Source: Hyphochytrium catenoides
Taxonomy: Eukaryota > Protista > Hyphochytriomycota
DNA length: 42,419 nt
Assembly: GCA_900088475.1 (NCBI GenBank)
Contig: FLMG01001782.1
Location: forward strand, 1-42,419
Direction of reading: 5' to 3'
The position numbers were made by a program, and so were the translations under genes. The first letter of the stretch is position 1; every line of letters starts with the position of its first letter. The notes beneath the pieces were generated by a model. It ran no database searches. It saw nothing but the letters and a program-made list of their open reading frames with translations, and was not told the DNA's origin. Below are positions 28,147-42,230 of this stretch, piece after piece.

Positions 28147-31100
28147 ATGGATGGAGACGCCAGTGCTGCTAGGGTGTCAGCTATCGGTTGGGCTGTAAGG
28201 GCTGGAGACGTTGAGGCCTTAAAAGCACTTTGCGCCGGGAGAGAGTCACTCCTCTTTCAGCCAGACGAGAATGTACGTACGAAGCGTGGCCCCAGACATG
28301 ATTTTAGGTCAATACCATTAACGAAAGGCTGCTCTGCTCCTTCCCTTCTTTAGGGCTTTACAGTCGTGAAGCTTGCAATTATACATCGACAGCCGAAGGT
28401 CCTCCGGGTGCTAGCGGACGAGCTAGGAGTTACTTTCTCTTCCCCTTGTGAGATAAATGTATGTCTTGTCTGTCTTCCTGCGCAGGTTCGCTCTTGCTAT
28501 CTGCTACAAACCTCTCTGTCCCTCGTGCTCGGCGATATATCTTATTCTTCCGTAACTATCAATGTGCACGTAGAATGTCCTCGTGAAATGTCTTAAGGGT
28601 CTCTCGCTGCTTGCTTCCTTTTATCTATCTCTGCGAGCAGGGAGCAACCCCTATCGAGGCAGCGGAGTGGGAGTTGGAGCACTCACAGACAGCAGCACAA
28701 AGACAGATCGCCGAGGAGATTATCAATGTCATCGCTGAGCGCTTGTTTCGGAGGAAGAAGTCCGAGGTTCGTCGTCTTTGAGCTCTTCTGTCTCCTAATT
28801 CTCGCATCTTGCTTCGTTCTCTCCTTTCTTTGCTTTGCTTGTTGTTTACGGGTTGCTTACGCTGTTTCCTTAATAGGTATCACTTTCCCATCCTACCTCA
28901 GATGAAGCAGGAACATCCCCTCATGACACGCCGCCTAAGTCACCTCTCATCAAACAAGAAGAAGCCTTTCGAGATGTCAGCGCAATCTTGGTTGAAACCT
29001 TGTCCCCTCTTCAAGAAGGACGAGAGGGGAACAACGAACAGCAAGATCGACAAGCAAGCAAAGAGGATGGCGAAAACAGATTATTAGCTCCCCCAATGCC
29101 GCTGGACATACCTGCCCCTTCACATGAAGCTCTAGAGCTAAAGAATCCTCTCTCACCGACAGAAGAACTTCCCGCTCCTTCTTATGAGACCGGGACATTG
29201 AAGTTGTATGTGCGAAGAGATCCCTTGGTAAAAGTGGATGGCGACCTCGTGCAACGTCCGCCTCCTCCTCCTCCTCCTCCCGGCCCTCCTCCTGCTAATG
29301 TCCTTAGACTGATTCCCAAGGGATCAGGCAACTACGCCTCATCACCTTTCTCCTTGGCGACTGGAAGCTCATCGACTGCTTGCAACCACACTCCGCTTGC
29401 ACCACGGCCCTATACTCCATCCACCACTGCGGCTGTGTTATCCTTGTCTGGATCTGACGCTCATCTGTCCACACCGGAAGCATCTCGTCTTTCTCCTTCA
29501 CCTTCAACTCTTCGTCCCATCCCCCCTCCGCCGCCCTTGCCTTCCATCTCTTCGTCTCGTCTACCGCCAGCAACAGCTCCTTCGTTTAAACAACCATTAA
29601 AGAGAGAGAAGATGGCAAGAGTTCTTGGGTCCAAAGGGCTTAAAGGTCAATCTTCTGGAAGAGTAGAAGCCCAAGTCAAAACTCTTGACCCTTGTACCTC
29701 AGATGTTGTCCGGATGAACAGTAGCCGTTCTCAAAGTTCTGAATGCAAGCCGGCTCGTGATCATTCTTCCACTCGGACGGAAAAGCCCATGACTTCCAAG
29801 GTGCGTCTACTTCTCCTCTCTCTGTTTTTCTTCATTCTCAGCTTGTTTCTTCGCTGAAATACCCTCAGTGACCTGAGCTCTGGGTTCTCGTTCAAATTTG
29901 GTTTGGTCGGTGGTTGCCAGTCTTGCCCCATGTGAGACCCTTACGTGTGATAGGGCTATTTTGCAGCCTCCAATCAAGTGCTGCCACCTTATCCTCTCCT
30001 TTGTCTTCTATCCTTCTTTCTCTCTTCTCAGATGATCTGTCTTCTTTCCGCCTTCGCTGAGTGGATCAACTGGCTCCAAGTCTGGAAAAGGCCCGTGGAC
30101 GCCTCGAATCTTATAGATCAGACCCGTGATGGGCTTCTTCTGTGCGCTTTGATTCAAAGATTTCTACCGAAAGCTGTTTTCAAGTAAGGAGACAACGTAC
30201 CAAGAAAATCTTCTTCCGTCCTCGTTTTTGACCGTTTCTCTTCACCGTAGAGGACTCAATGCTAAATGCTTGACGTTCAAGGCCGCAGAGAAGAACATTG
30301 AGGAGGCTATTCAAGCGCTCTGTCGCGCAGGTGCCCGGCCCAAGAATGTCCCTAAACCCATAGAGATCTATCAGGGATCGCCGACGAAGATCATCAACCT
30401 GGTATTTTGTCACCTAAATTCCCGCTCTGTCTTGTCCTGCCATATGCTGATGGTCTTCCTAAACATGGGGTTCCTCTGTCCGGAAAATGCCATTCTGTCG
30501 ACGAATGCTTTGTGCTCTCGTAAACATCGATCAACTAGATGACGGAACTAGCAGAAGTCTTGGCCATGCCAGCGCTAGAGACAGAAGCAGCTGACTTTCT
30601 ACCAAGGTAAGCCATTAGCCTCTACGTTGGCTTCTTGGTTCTTGGTCCAGCGGCTTTATTGTCCTTCACCTAGGGTTACATATCCCAACTGCTGACAATG
30701 CACTCCTGCTGTCAGAATTGATCACATGATGCGACAGCACAACTACTCACTGCCAGTGAGTGCCCTGTCTTCCCCTTTCTCTACCTTGTGGGCCCATTGC
30801 CGAGACGGCTATCCGATACTCTGCATCCTCCAAGCCCAAACAGTTGTGATGGACCCAGAGATACAGTCAATCTCGCTCTTGGAACTGGAGGTGAGGCAAA
30901 TCATTCTGTGCTTCTCCCCAGCCTAACATCAAGGCCCCATCAGACCTGCACTGCTCCCACGCTAGGGCTGCATAATTTTGGATCATGTTCAAGGCCGTTT
31001 AAAACTTTCCTTCACCTAACGGAGACTCTCCTCAGCCCTATAGCGCCTCCATTATGTAGCTCGCTCCGGCCACTGTCACCAAGTCCTATTACACTTTCAT

Positions 31101-31648
31101 CCCTCAGTCCTTTCCGTCTCACTTCCGTCTTCCTCTGTCCCTTCAGCACAGATTGATATATGATAAGGAAACAGTGGAGAAAACTCTTCAAGCACTTATT
31201 AGGATCGGCCTTCCCGTGTTTCTACCTGCGCAAGCCTACGAATGGTCTAGCAGACCCTTCTTCTTGCTTCTGCAGCTAAAAGTCATCTTTGACAGGTACG
31301 GCCACAGCTATCTATCCTGCCTTCTACATCCTCTTCAGTATCCGCCAGCTAAGTTCACCGATGTCATTACTCCTTTCGTTAGACTTTTTGATGGCAACAA
31401 CTCTAAACGGGACCCACCGGGGGTAAGAAGGGATTCAAGCCCCATCAAGGTCCTCTTAGGGTAAGGCGTACAAGAAAGGAGGACTATCGTACATCTGTCG
31501 TCTCTGCTAACCGTGAAATCTTATTTGGTTATAGACGGGCTGCCTCTTTGCCCAGCCAACGAGTGCTTTGCCAAGAGATTCTTCAGGAGAAATACAAGCC
31601 TCAGAATTCCCTTTGATCCCTGAAGATAGTGAAGACTCCTCTACTTGA
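28147..31648 (+). CDS. Ankyrin + proline-rich + calponin-homology (CH) domain protein; 3' end uncertain (may extend to ~32430)
   Basis: Ankyrin-like AVRAGDVEALKAL..DENGFTVVKLAIIHRQPKVLRVL; poly-Pro tracts; CH-like EWINWLQ..LIDQTRDGLLLCALIQRF..EKNIEEAIQAL..EIYQG; a second CH-like segment LWAHCRDGYPILCIL..FLLLQL. Confidence 0.65.
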
Positions 31649-32925
31649 GCGTGTCCTCACGAGGTCTCTTCTATACTTGATCCTAGGCCGCAGCAGGAAT
31701 ACGTTATATCTGGCAGTCTCGTTGTCGCAACATCTCGGAACTCAAGGCCCTGCCTGACCTAGGCAGAGAGCTGAATGGCGATGCAGCGGTCTGACGATGA
31801 TTCCCAACGCCATCTATATCTCTCGCCCAAATACTCTCCTCCAAAAACGTACAGACTTAAAAGACTCATGAAACTACAAGCACCTCAACCACGGCATCAG
31901 GTTTTGCCCCGACATACCCGGACGTTGCTAACAGACCGCAGCAAGGTGTGCTGAAGACTGATATCAAGTCAGGATATCTCGATGGTCCGTTCCCCAACTT
32001 CCAAGAGGAGGCAGACTCATTGGTCACCATATTTTCGATGGGCACTTTTTGCTGCTGAGAACGCTAAACTAAGGTGCGGGCTTCTCAGCTATTAGGCAAA
32101 CTGCCCGGTACCTGTACACGTCTATTCATAGCATCCTCCGCAAGCCTTTCTTGAAGCGGCTTCTTGGTAACCCCCGTCTTCTACAAGGGCAAGAAGTACT
32201 TTCCTAGTACCTTACTCTTAGCCCCTGAGCTATCTATAATGCAGTGTTCCTTACACAGAGCCTCCTCATTGTATACAAGGCTGGAAAGCTACTATGGCCA
32301 GAGCCAAGTCGCTCTAGCAAAGACTCTGACACCGTTTCTCGGCCGTCGCGCCGCCGCTGATGCTACGATCCGAGCTCTGATCATGTCTCTTCATCGCCTT
32401 CCTTCTCATCCTTCAATATCCAAGTGACCCAATAGAGTTCCTAAACGCCAATATAACACTCTTTACATCGCAAAAGCATTAGGGCATTACTATCCAAGAA
32501 AGCCAATAGAGGTGAAAGGACTATTTAGGGAAATTGCCATGTTGTGATTGATTACCAAGAGGACTGATTCTTTTCCTGATATTGTTACTTGATGTAGCGT
32601 GGGGTCCTCGGTATTGCGTGGTGTTGGGCCCCGGAGATTGAAGCTGCTTCGGCTAAATAATCAGTCTGGAAGATTCTCTTATGGAGCTCAGAAGCTTTTG
32701 ATTTCGTAGAGGTTCTTATCATCAAGTGCCACAAAGCTCGAGAAAGCTGGAGGGAGCCACTATCCTCGCTTAGAGGTACTCACGGCCACGCTAGGTGTAC
32801 CTAGCTTTGGATGGTTGGGCTGTATCCATGCGTCAACGCCACCATATTCGCAGTCCGCGCGGATTCCGGCTGCTTGCTGTCGTCCCTTCTGGTCTTTAGT
32901 CTCGTGACGAGTTGAAAACCGACCC

Positions 32926-35900
32926 ATGGCAGCAGCAGTGACGTTTACACCCCTCTATGGGGTCCACTCTGAGGAACCCCTCTCTTACATCATGGAGGTT
33001 GATGAAGTTTGCATACTACTGGACTGCGGCTGGACTGACGATTATGATGTACTGCTACTGGAGCCGTTGAAGAAGTATGCCTGCACTAAGCCTGCCCCTA
33101 CTTTTTGATCCCACTACTGACGCTATCCTCTGATTTCCAGGGTGGTTGATAAGATTGACTTGGTTCTCATCTCGCATTCCGACATCATGCACTTGGGAGC
33201 ACTGCCGTATGCGGTCGGTAAGGTAAGAAAAGTAGCCAAGACCTAACCAGCTGTATTCTGACCTTGGTGCTAATATTATCACCTTCAGCTTGGTTTAAAG
33301 GCGCCGATTTATAGCACTTTGCCAGTGCATAAGATGGGACAGCTGACTATGTATGATGCCTACCAGTCCAGGGCGAACTATGAGGACTTCACAATCTTTA
33401 CGCTGGTGGGGTTTGATGTCAACTTTGTTGCTTTTCGCGCCTTCATGAAACCCCTTCTTCTTTCTCTTCTCCTCTATTTGATGTTTATTTTCATTTATTA
33501 ATGGTGTGGATCAGGCACTAATTCTTTTTAGCTATTGGTGTCGTGGGGACGTAGGGATAGTTGATCCTGCTGGCTTGCTGGCCATCAATCCTGCAACAGC
33601 GCAACTAACCCTCCAATTGCAGGATGATGTAGATGCAGCCTTTGATATGTTCAAAACCCTGAAGTACAGCGAAAAGCTGACGCTGACGAGTCGGGGCGAA
33701 GGCATTATCATTACGCCTCATGCAGCAGGCCATAGGATAGGCGGAGCTTTTTGGAAAATAGCAAAAGAGACGGTGCGTAATAGATTAATCAAGGGAAAGT
33801 TAGGAGTATTTGTATTAGGGCAGGTATAGGATAGGGGAGAATGCTGCTGAGAGGTGGTGCTGGAACAGAGGTCCTCCTCTATGTATGGCTATCTTAAGTC
33901 GATGGACAGGTTACGGGAAAGGAGAGCGTAACAAGCTACAGAGAGGCTATGGGCCTAGCTGTGGTCTACAGCTAGCCGTGCATGCCTAAAGTTTAATGGA
34001 GGCAGATCTGACTTAAGTAGACCTAACACGTAGCAATCTGATAGGACGAAATCGTTTACGCAGTGGACTATAATCACCGCGCGGAGCATCACTTGCCTAA
34101 GGCCGGTTTGAGTGAGCTAACGTAAGCAAATGCCCCTTCTGGTTGAACTGTAGGTCTATGCTGACGACGTTTCTTTTACCCTATGTCTGGCTGTGCAATA
34201 CTAATCTCTCTATTCTGAACGGCCCATCCCTATCTAGCCGGCCCTCTCTACTGATAACCGATGCCTACTCGATGCAGCAGCAACAGCTCAAGAGAAAGAC
34301 TAGAGACACCATGGTACGTCAATTTACCATGATCTACTTGACCCTCAACCTCCTTGGTGCACCCATTATCTGACTGTATGTATCCTAGCTCTTTGATAAT
34401 GTTATAGAGACCATTAGGCGAGGAGGAAACGTTCTCATTCCATGTGATACTGCCGGGCGGTGCTTGGAGATACTCCTGATTCTTCAAGTTCGATGGACTG
34501 AAAGCAGGTCTGATCAATGTTGCGCTCCCTTTGATCTGTCTTCTCTGACTTGATCACGCTTACGGATAGCGCTCCTCTAGCGGTGCTTTCTCTATTGAGC
34601 GGGATTGTGACCTTGCTATCTTCCTACACCAAATGATGGGGTCCCACCCCTACGTGACCTAATTTAATGTTACTCCTCCCCAAACATTCATCTATGTGGT
34701 TGGCCCTAAGCAGCTTTCTTCTCTGAACTGCTCTAGACTACGAGATCCGCTGTGTCTTTTGCACAATACCAGCTCAACAACTATCGAGGCGGCCAAAGCG
34801 ATGTTAGAGTGGTGCAGTGAGAACATCTCAAAACAGTTTGATACTACCAGGAACAACCCGTTCGAATTCAAGTACGAAACTCTACGCTTTGGCGCATGAG
34901 TTATCTAGATGTAGACTAGCCTGATGCTGCGAACCTTTTGCTTCGCCTTTGTACCCTCTACACTGACACCCCCACGTCGTGTCCATTACATGCTGACGGC
35001 TGTCCTTGGTCGCCTCTTTTGCGTGGTTACAAAACAGCAATGTGCACTTACTGCATAGCATGGATGACCTTAACAACCTGCCTAGTCCCAAGGTAAGTTT
35101 ATACTTCCCTAGTGCCCAAACTACCTTCGCAGTCTTAGAGGGACTTTATCCGTCCGGTGTCTTGGTGATAGGTCGTGTTGGCTTCGTCACCTTCTATGCA
35201 ATGCGGGTTCTCTCGAGAGCTCTTCATGCAGTGGGCACCAGACAGCAAGAACAAGATTATCGTACCAGACAGGTCCACACCCTCTTCCCTTGCTAGACAG
35301 ATAATGCAGTCACCAAAGCCCACTGAAATCAAGCTTACGGTAAGACTGCCACTGTCCTTGCAGTTGCAACGTCACGGATGGGTTTTCTTTGGTGTGACTG
35401 ACCTACCCTTTTTGCTATGTGAATTTAGTGGAGCATGAAGGTGCCTCTGGAAGGTGCGGAGCTGGCGGCAGTGGAAGCTAAGGAGAGAAGAAGACTACAG
35501 GAGGAAGTGGAAGCACGAGCAGCCGCAGAGGTGGGATTCAAGTAACATTAGGACTGAACCCCTTGAGACACTGAACATGGCTGCGATTTGCCACTTTCTT
35601 ACTACCCTCTAATAAAGTCTTTGCTCTATAATAGGAAGAAGCTGCAATGGAGGACATGATGGCTGGCATTGATGAGGATTCCGAGGATGAGGGAGAAGGG
35701 GTCAAAGGTAGAGCTCTCACTTTTCCTTTTTAGGTTTGGTCAAGCGTTAGCTATGGCCTTCGTATGCGATCCTTTTTGATTTGTAGTCCAGTCTTGAGGT
35801 CGTGGCCTACATTACCCTGCACCGTGCTGGCACTTGTCCAAAGAATAACTCTCCATTCTTGTGCAGCTAAACCAGCACAGCTTATGGGGACATTTCGAGT

Positions 35901-37702
35901 GGGTCTTGGAAAATTCTCCACACCACATTACCCGCTCTTTTCTGCCAGAGAAGTGAAGCTCCAGTGGGACGAGTACGGAGAGGTATTGGATTATCCTTTA
36001 GCACATTATTTACTGGCTCGCAGCTGTGCTCTAACCAAAGACTCCTTCCACATTTATCTCCTATCTCTCCACCCTTAGGTTATCAACCCAGACGACTATC
36101 GTGATCAGTACTCCAAGGCGGACAATGCTAGGAAAGTCAGGCGTGAACTGGGAACGCAGGTGTCGGGATGTTGTTCCAGATAGGTTGTCCATGATCAGGC
36201 CTCTAACAACCCTGTTCTCTCCTTTCCTTGGCTCCGTGATCTTTCTCTGTGGCCCGGTTTTGTTGTCTTTTGTGCCTTGTATGCATCTCTAAGGACGTCC
36301 CAGATCCAATGGAAGTATCTGGAGAACCACCTGCAGATGTCAATAGACCCATGAAAGTGCTGACGAAACAAGCAACTGTGCACGTAAGAATCCCTGCATC
36401 TCAATTGCTCTGTCCGTTTCTTGAGCTATATATGGAGCTGTCAGATTTACACTTCTATTATTTAACCGCTCCTCTCTACAGGCATTCTCGATCTTTCTCT
36501 GATGCCTTTTGAGTACTCGCCATAAACATTACACGCTAGCCCCCTTCTATTTTGCTATGTGTCGTCGTTGTGGCATATATACAGCTATTCAAGCCCTCTC
36601 CTTTCCGTTCCTGCTGTCTAACCTCTTACATGATTCTTGGTTTGCTTGGGATATCTTCTCCCCTTTCTATCAGGTGAATTGCGACGTTATGTATTTAGAT
36701 TTTGAGGGCCGATGTGACGGCAAGGCGATGAAGAACCTTCTGAGTACAGTTAAGCCACGAAAGCTCATTATTGTGCACGGACCCGAAGAGGGTACGAAAG
36801 AGCTGAAGGACTTTGCAGAATCAAGACTTGAGAATTGCTCCAAGGTAGACTAGTTAGTCAACTACCATCCCTCTTCTTTACTTGTTATCGTATCTTTCTA
36901 ATTGGTGCCTTGTTGAAGCCTTTCCAACTGTCTGCTTTCTTGGCATTCCCTCTGCGAGCCTCGTCGGGCCAGCCTACTATGGCCCATATCTGCCATCCGC
37001 TCACTCCCTCCCTCAGGTGTTTGCTCCCCGTCCGGGAGACTACATAGATATCGAGTCAGATACCAGCGTCCTCAAACTTAAACTTGGAGACTCTCTCTAT
37101 CAGGCACTGGACTTCCAGCAGGTGAGGGACATCTGCACTTTCTCTCAATCACTTTATAGCAGGTTAAACAATTACTAGATTTTCTTTCAGGTGCTGTTGG
37201 CTTTTTTCAAACAGCTCCCACACACATAATTATCTCCCTCCATGCCTTCCCTCACTCCAATCTTGATCTTTCCCTATATTTCTGCAGGTGGGGGCATATG
37301 AGGTGGCCTACGTAGAGGCTGAACTACAAATGCCCAAGGAAGACTCCTCTATGCCTGTCTTGGAACTGGAGGAAGGCAATCTCATCAATGGAGTGATCGG
37401 TGGTGGTCATCCCTCACTGTTGCTAAGAGAGGGAGAGCTCAAACTCTCTCTTCTCCGAGATAAAATAGCAAAAGCCGGCTATGAGGTAAGGAGCAACCGA
37501 AGTTGGATGCTGGAAGCTGGAAACAGGAGAATATCTAATTGAGTTCCTGCAGGCTGAGATCAAGGGTGGCATTCTTCTATGCAAGAATGGCCTCGCCATC
37601 AGGAAGACGAAGGGGGATGAGGTGGTCCTGGAAGGGCCGCTTTGTGAAGAATACTTCAAGCTGAGAGACATACTCTATGAGGAGTACAACTTCCTCATTT
37701 AG
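32926..37702 (+). CDS. CPSF2: Cleavage and polyadenylation specificity factor subunit 2 (CPSF100), about 19 exons
   Basis: [134 protein letters not shown]. Confidence 0.96.
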
Positions 37703-38931
37703 TCTTCTTTGCCTGTGTTACCGGTACTGGTGTCGGCCCACGCTCAGTCCGTGGAAGAATATGGTGCGAATGGGAGGACACTTTAGGCAATTGTATAGTA
37801 AGGAGAGTAAGCTTGTGAGCCACAAGTGGAGCTGCATAAGGGCGCGGCAAGGATAGGTTTGTGCCGCAGATCAAGTCACCACTGAACTGCAAGAATTAGA
37901 GCATACCAACGGCTAAACTAAGAACGGTCAAAGGAGGAGAGTCATACTGCAAAGGAACCTTGGCGTAGGCTGTCACGGTTAGACGTATGATACACATGGA
38001 AGTAATCAGCTCAGAACCAGCCCTCCCTGTATGGCACTCTTAGTCAAGCTTGTTCGGACGAACATTCACTTAGTCAGCTTATGCAAAGAGACAGCCAAAC
38101 GCTTTGAGGCGACCCTTCAGTGATCGACATTCACCATAAAGTTCCGTTCAGCAGGCCCTACATGTCAGAGTCCAATGCCAGAAGGCCCGCTCTGTCTACC
38201 CGCTCTAGACATACTATTGGCCAGATGCAGCAAGAGAGAGACCCTTCGAAAGCAGAGGCAAGGAGCAGAGGTCAGACTGGCACAGCTTTTCTTGATCCAA
38301 AGGTGATGGCTGCAGGGTCATCTTTCGTCACCACCAAGCACTTGATGATGTCCGCTTCACATCTTCACACACGCACACTAGGAGCTAACCCACAATTGCA
38401 TAATTACAAACCTTTATTTGTCAAACCCACATAACCATCAAACCCAGTATACTGCTTGGCAGCCATTATCTGGGGTTTGCTGTAAGTGTGGATGCATTTC
38501 ACGGTCGCATCCACGTCGGCACCGCATGTTCTCAAGAAGAAGTCAACTGTCTCTTTCACTTGAAAAGTGTCTCTTCTCTTCTCTCTCATCTCTTCTTCCC
38601 TGTCCACCTTCTCTCTCTTGTCTCTCTGGTTTCAGCCCACCCTGCTGCTGCCTATCGCTCTCTCCTCTCTCTTTGTCCTCTCCTTTCCCATGATGGGTCT
38701 CTACTTCTTTTCTCTTTCTCGTTAGTGGAAGGTTCTACTGGCAGTGTGAAGACCAAGAAGGGCGAGATGAGGAGTTGATTACTCTTCTCAGTGATTGCGA
38801 CCTGAAAGGACTGCGGAGTCCGAGGAAGCACACGTTGACAGAAGAAACGACATTGGACGATATATATATATAGATAGAGAGAGAGAAAACAAGTAGCACT
38901 GGGTGGCACTTCACGGACCTTTCTCGGAGAG

Positions 38932-41562
38932 ATGGCAAGCAAAGGAGAAGTGTCTAACAGGGAAAAGGAGGGTGCTCCCTATCCGTCGTCCACTCTATTA
39001 GACCGCTGGCTCCAGTATCTGGCCGTTGTGGGCTTCTGTAGCTTCAACGCTATTTGCTGGCTCGTTCTGCTCCTGGCACTGAGGTCTACGTACCTACGGG
39101 TAAGACTGACAACAACGTAGCAAGCGACATGGAGTTTCATTCAACCATCTGCATGCCCTTTCCTCTTAACATCTCAATCAGGAGTTAGGATGTTTGACAT
39201 TTGTTTGTTGTCTCCCAAAAGCTAATCCTGATGCCTGTGTGTCTCTCTCTCCTTAACCTGTCTTCTCTTTTGGCTCTCATTTTCTGTTTCTCTTGGTCTC
39301 TCTCTGTCTGTGTCCCCCTGTGTGTCTAATGCTGCTCCGCAACGTCACAATATATTACCGTTTGCTCTTCGACGTCTTGCCGGGGCGACTACATCCTTCT
39401 CTCAACACGACTGCAAGCCCATTGCCATCGCCTATCTCTGCTGGTTACTTTTCATTGATTGGCAGCGGCCTAGCCTTGGTGGACGGACGGTGGAGAGAGT
39501 CCGGCGGAGCCTTTTCTTTCAATACTTTGCGGGATACTTCCCTATCAAGCTCCTGGCAGAGGAGCCGCTAGAGCCGAAGGAGAAGCATCTCATCGTATAT
39601 CACCCACATGGTATCTTTAGCCTCTTCCTTCCTCTCTTCTTCTATTACTTCTAATCTCTATCAGTCACCGCTCCCTCTCTTCGTACGGACGCCCTTAACA
39701 TCTTTCCTATTGGGAGCCATTCTTCCTTTCTCTTGTCGCGACTCTCTGTCTATCCAAAGTTTAGCTGCCGCCCCTGACACGTCCACCCTTTTTACAGGGA
39801 TTATTGGAATTGGCTGTGTTGCAGGGTTCGGCTCTGATGCTGCAGGATTCTCACAGGTGTTTCCAGGTATGGGCGAGGATAGGGAAATAGATAGACAAGG
39901 AGCGAGGAGATAGCTAACGACCGACATACAAGGTATAGACTTCAAACCCTGTAACAGACAGGCGGGAGGAAAGCATGAGAAGGTCGCAAAGAGTACCGTC
40001 TAAGGAAGGGGAGGATAGGGGCAGCTAAAGCAGCGGTATAGAAGTGACTCTAGTGTCTCTACTTCCTTCTGAAGAGACTGCTGTCGTTTAGGCCTAAGGA
40101 TACACCTGACCACGCTTCCCATTCTCCTAAGGGTAAGCCGTAGCATGCCTTGTGGCCTTCGGTTGGTCTGTTATCTATGAAAACTCAGCGTTTGCTTTCC
40201 CTTTTGCATTTCTGCGGAAGAGGTCACTGTCCACCCCCTCCCGTGGCCCATTCCTTTTCGCCGTAGCAATATGTTGGAACCCTCCTTAAGCTTTCAATTC
40301 AGCCTCTCAGGGTTACTCGTCACCTGACCTCACTACTGCTTCTTCTTGCTCTGTCGCCAGACTCCCATATACCGGGATTTCCTCCTCGCCATGGGCTTTA
40401 TTGATGTTTCTGCCTCCTCCATCGCTCGTTGCCTGGAAGGGGGCGAAGGCGGCAACAGCGGGGGCGCTGTGACACTAGTGTTGGGAGGTGCGGAAGAGGC
40501 TTTAGACTCTCATCCCGGGACCTATGACGTCATCATGGACAAGCGGCTTGGGTTTGTTAAACTGGCACTGACCACAGGGTAACAAACTTTTACTAAGCTT
40601 TGACTTGAGTCTCTTCCTTACTGCCCCTGGTCTCCGGTCTCCTTCAATCCCTCTGCCTGCTTGTTTCATCTGTCTCTATGTTATATGATAGCTTGGTGCT
40701 CAGTCCTCTAGTCCTATACTTCCCTAATCTGAAGCGGTCTTCCTGTGGCTCTGTGCTACACTTTCTAACTCTAAAAACGAAGATGATCTTAGCGTGGTCT
40801 GGCCCAATCGGCTTCTATTTTCTCTGGGACGAAAGCCACATTTCCTGGCACACTCAGATTCTGTAAAGACGCGCTCTCACACGAGTATCTCCATTGCTTT
40901 ACTTCTACATTGATGCGGGCTAGATCCCACTTGGTGCCGGCATTGGGTTTTGGGGAGACGGATCTCTGGCACCAGGCAGCCAATCCCCGTGGTTCCATTC
41001 TTCGCCAAATGCAAGTGAAGTTGATGAAGACCTTAAAGTTCTCGTGCCCTATCCTGTTTCACATCATGCCAAAGCGAAGGGCCATCACAGTCATAGGTAG
41101 GGATCATGGGGCTCAGAAGGATAGTCGCTGAAGGATAGAAGGGAGACAAGGCGGCGCCGGCGAGAAGAGAAACTGCTCGACAAGTCTATCTTACCCGTAT
41201 TCTCTCCTCCGCTCTTCTATCCTCTTCTCTTCCTCCCGTCAACCATCTCGTTCTTTCCCTGTTATCTCTTGCTCTGACTACCAAGTGGGAAAGAAAATAG
41301 CAGTGGAGAAGGTAGAGAAGCCGACTGCAGATCAAATCCAAGCTTTACACGCCGATTATAAGAAGGCCCTGGCGACACTTTTCGAGGTACGTCCGAATCT
41401 CACTGCCCCGTCTGCGATTTCCTGCACGGAACTTTATACTTACTACTCCGTGCTGTTCGCACCGCTTCATCCCCCTATCTGTCTATTGATTCTCTTGTCC
41501 TTCAGAGGCACAAAGACAAGTATGCTCCCAATAGGAAGGGCGACCTAAGAATTGTGGCTTGA
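38932..41562 (+). CDS. DGAT2: Type-2 diacylglycerol acyltransferase (DGAT2/MOGAT family), 8 exons
   Basis: N-terminal TM hairpin, YFP, YHPHG, PIYRDFLLAMG, LVLGGAEEAL, RLGFVKLAL, LVPALGFGE, VGKKI, HADYKKALATLFERHK. Stop TGA at 41560-41562. Confidence 0.93.
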
Positions 41563-41879
41563 GAATAAATTAGAGTGACAGTTCTAGTGGTGGCAGCATA
41601 AGCTAGCAGACCTCGTGCCAATGCTTGAGAGTCACTAAGCGTAATAGATAGACAACAAAATGCCCTCACTCGATGACGACTTGGAGTAAATGCACCACTT
41701 GAAGATGTGATCGCAGCAGAGGTAGGGCAAGATAGCAACCCCCCGCCGCCGTTCGCAGCGATGGAAGGGACGGGCCTTATGACCTAAGTAGCATGCCTCG
41801 CTGTGTAGCACTACTGAGAAAACTCTTGGATTAACGGACGTTCTACGTCATGCTTACAGATGCTCAGACTATCGGTCGA

Positions 41880-42230
41880 AAGGTCACGTCCAATAGGACA
41901 AAGCGCGGACTTTATTTCAAGAGGAACAATAACGGACGACGCATGATATCTAACTGGCTGGCAGAGAAGAAGAGCACTAACAAGAGCTATAGACAGCAAA
42001 GAGAGAACCGACTGACCAAACCCTATTAGAGGTAACGCGAGTGGAGACGCAAGAGAGAGATGAATGAAGAAGAACGGAGCGTTCCTCCCTTAGGCTGGGG
42101 ACAACCTTATGCTGGAGAGTGACGATTATCCACCAGCAAATGAACTGCCTACCAGGGAGGAAGATGGTAAAGAGATAGGAGAAGAGGCGCGAGGCAGGGA
42201 CGAAGGGCGTGGATGAGGATGGCCTGCTGG
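41880..42230 (-). CDS. Possible 3' exons of a membrane protein entering from beyond the window
   Basis: Polypyrimidine/AG acceptors on the minus strand and a joinable hydrophobic frame RLFSYLFTIFLPG|FGQSVLSLLSIALVSALLL. No recognisable family. Confidence 0.25.

Noticed and set aside
33160-33210. Degenerate metallo-beta-lactamase motif (SHSDIMH) suggesting a pseudogene
   Set aside because: Loss of HxHxDH is normal for catalytically inactive CPSF100.
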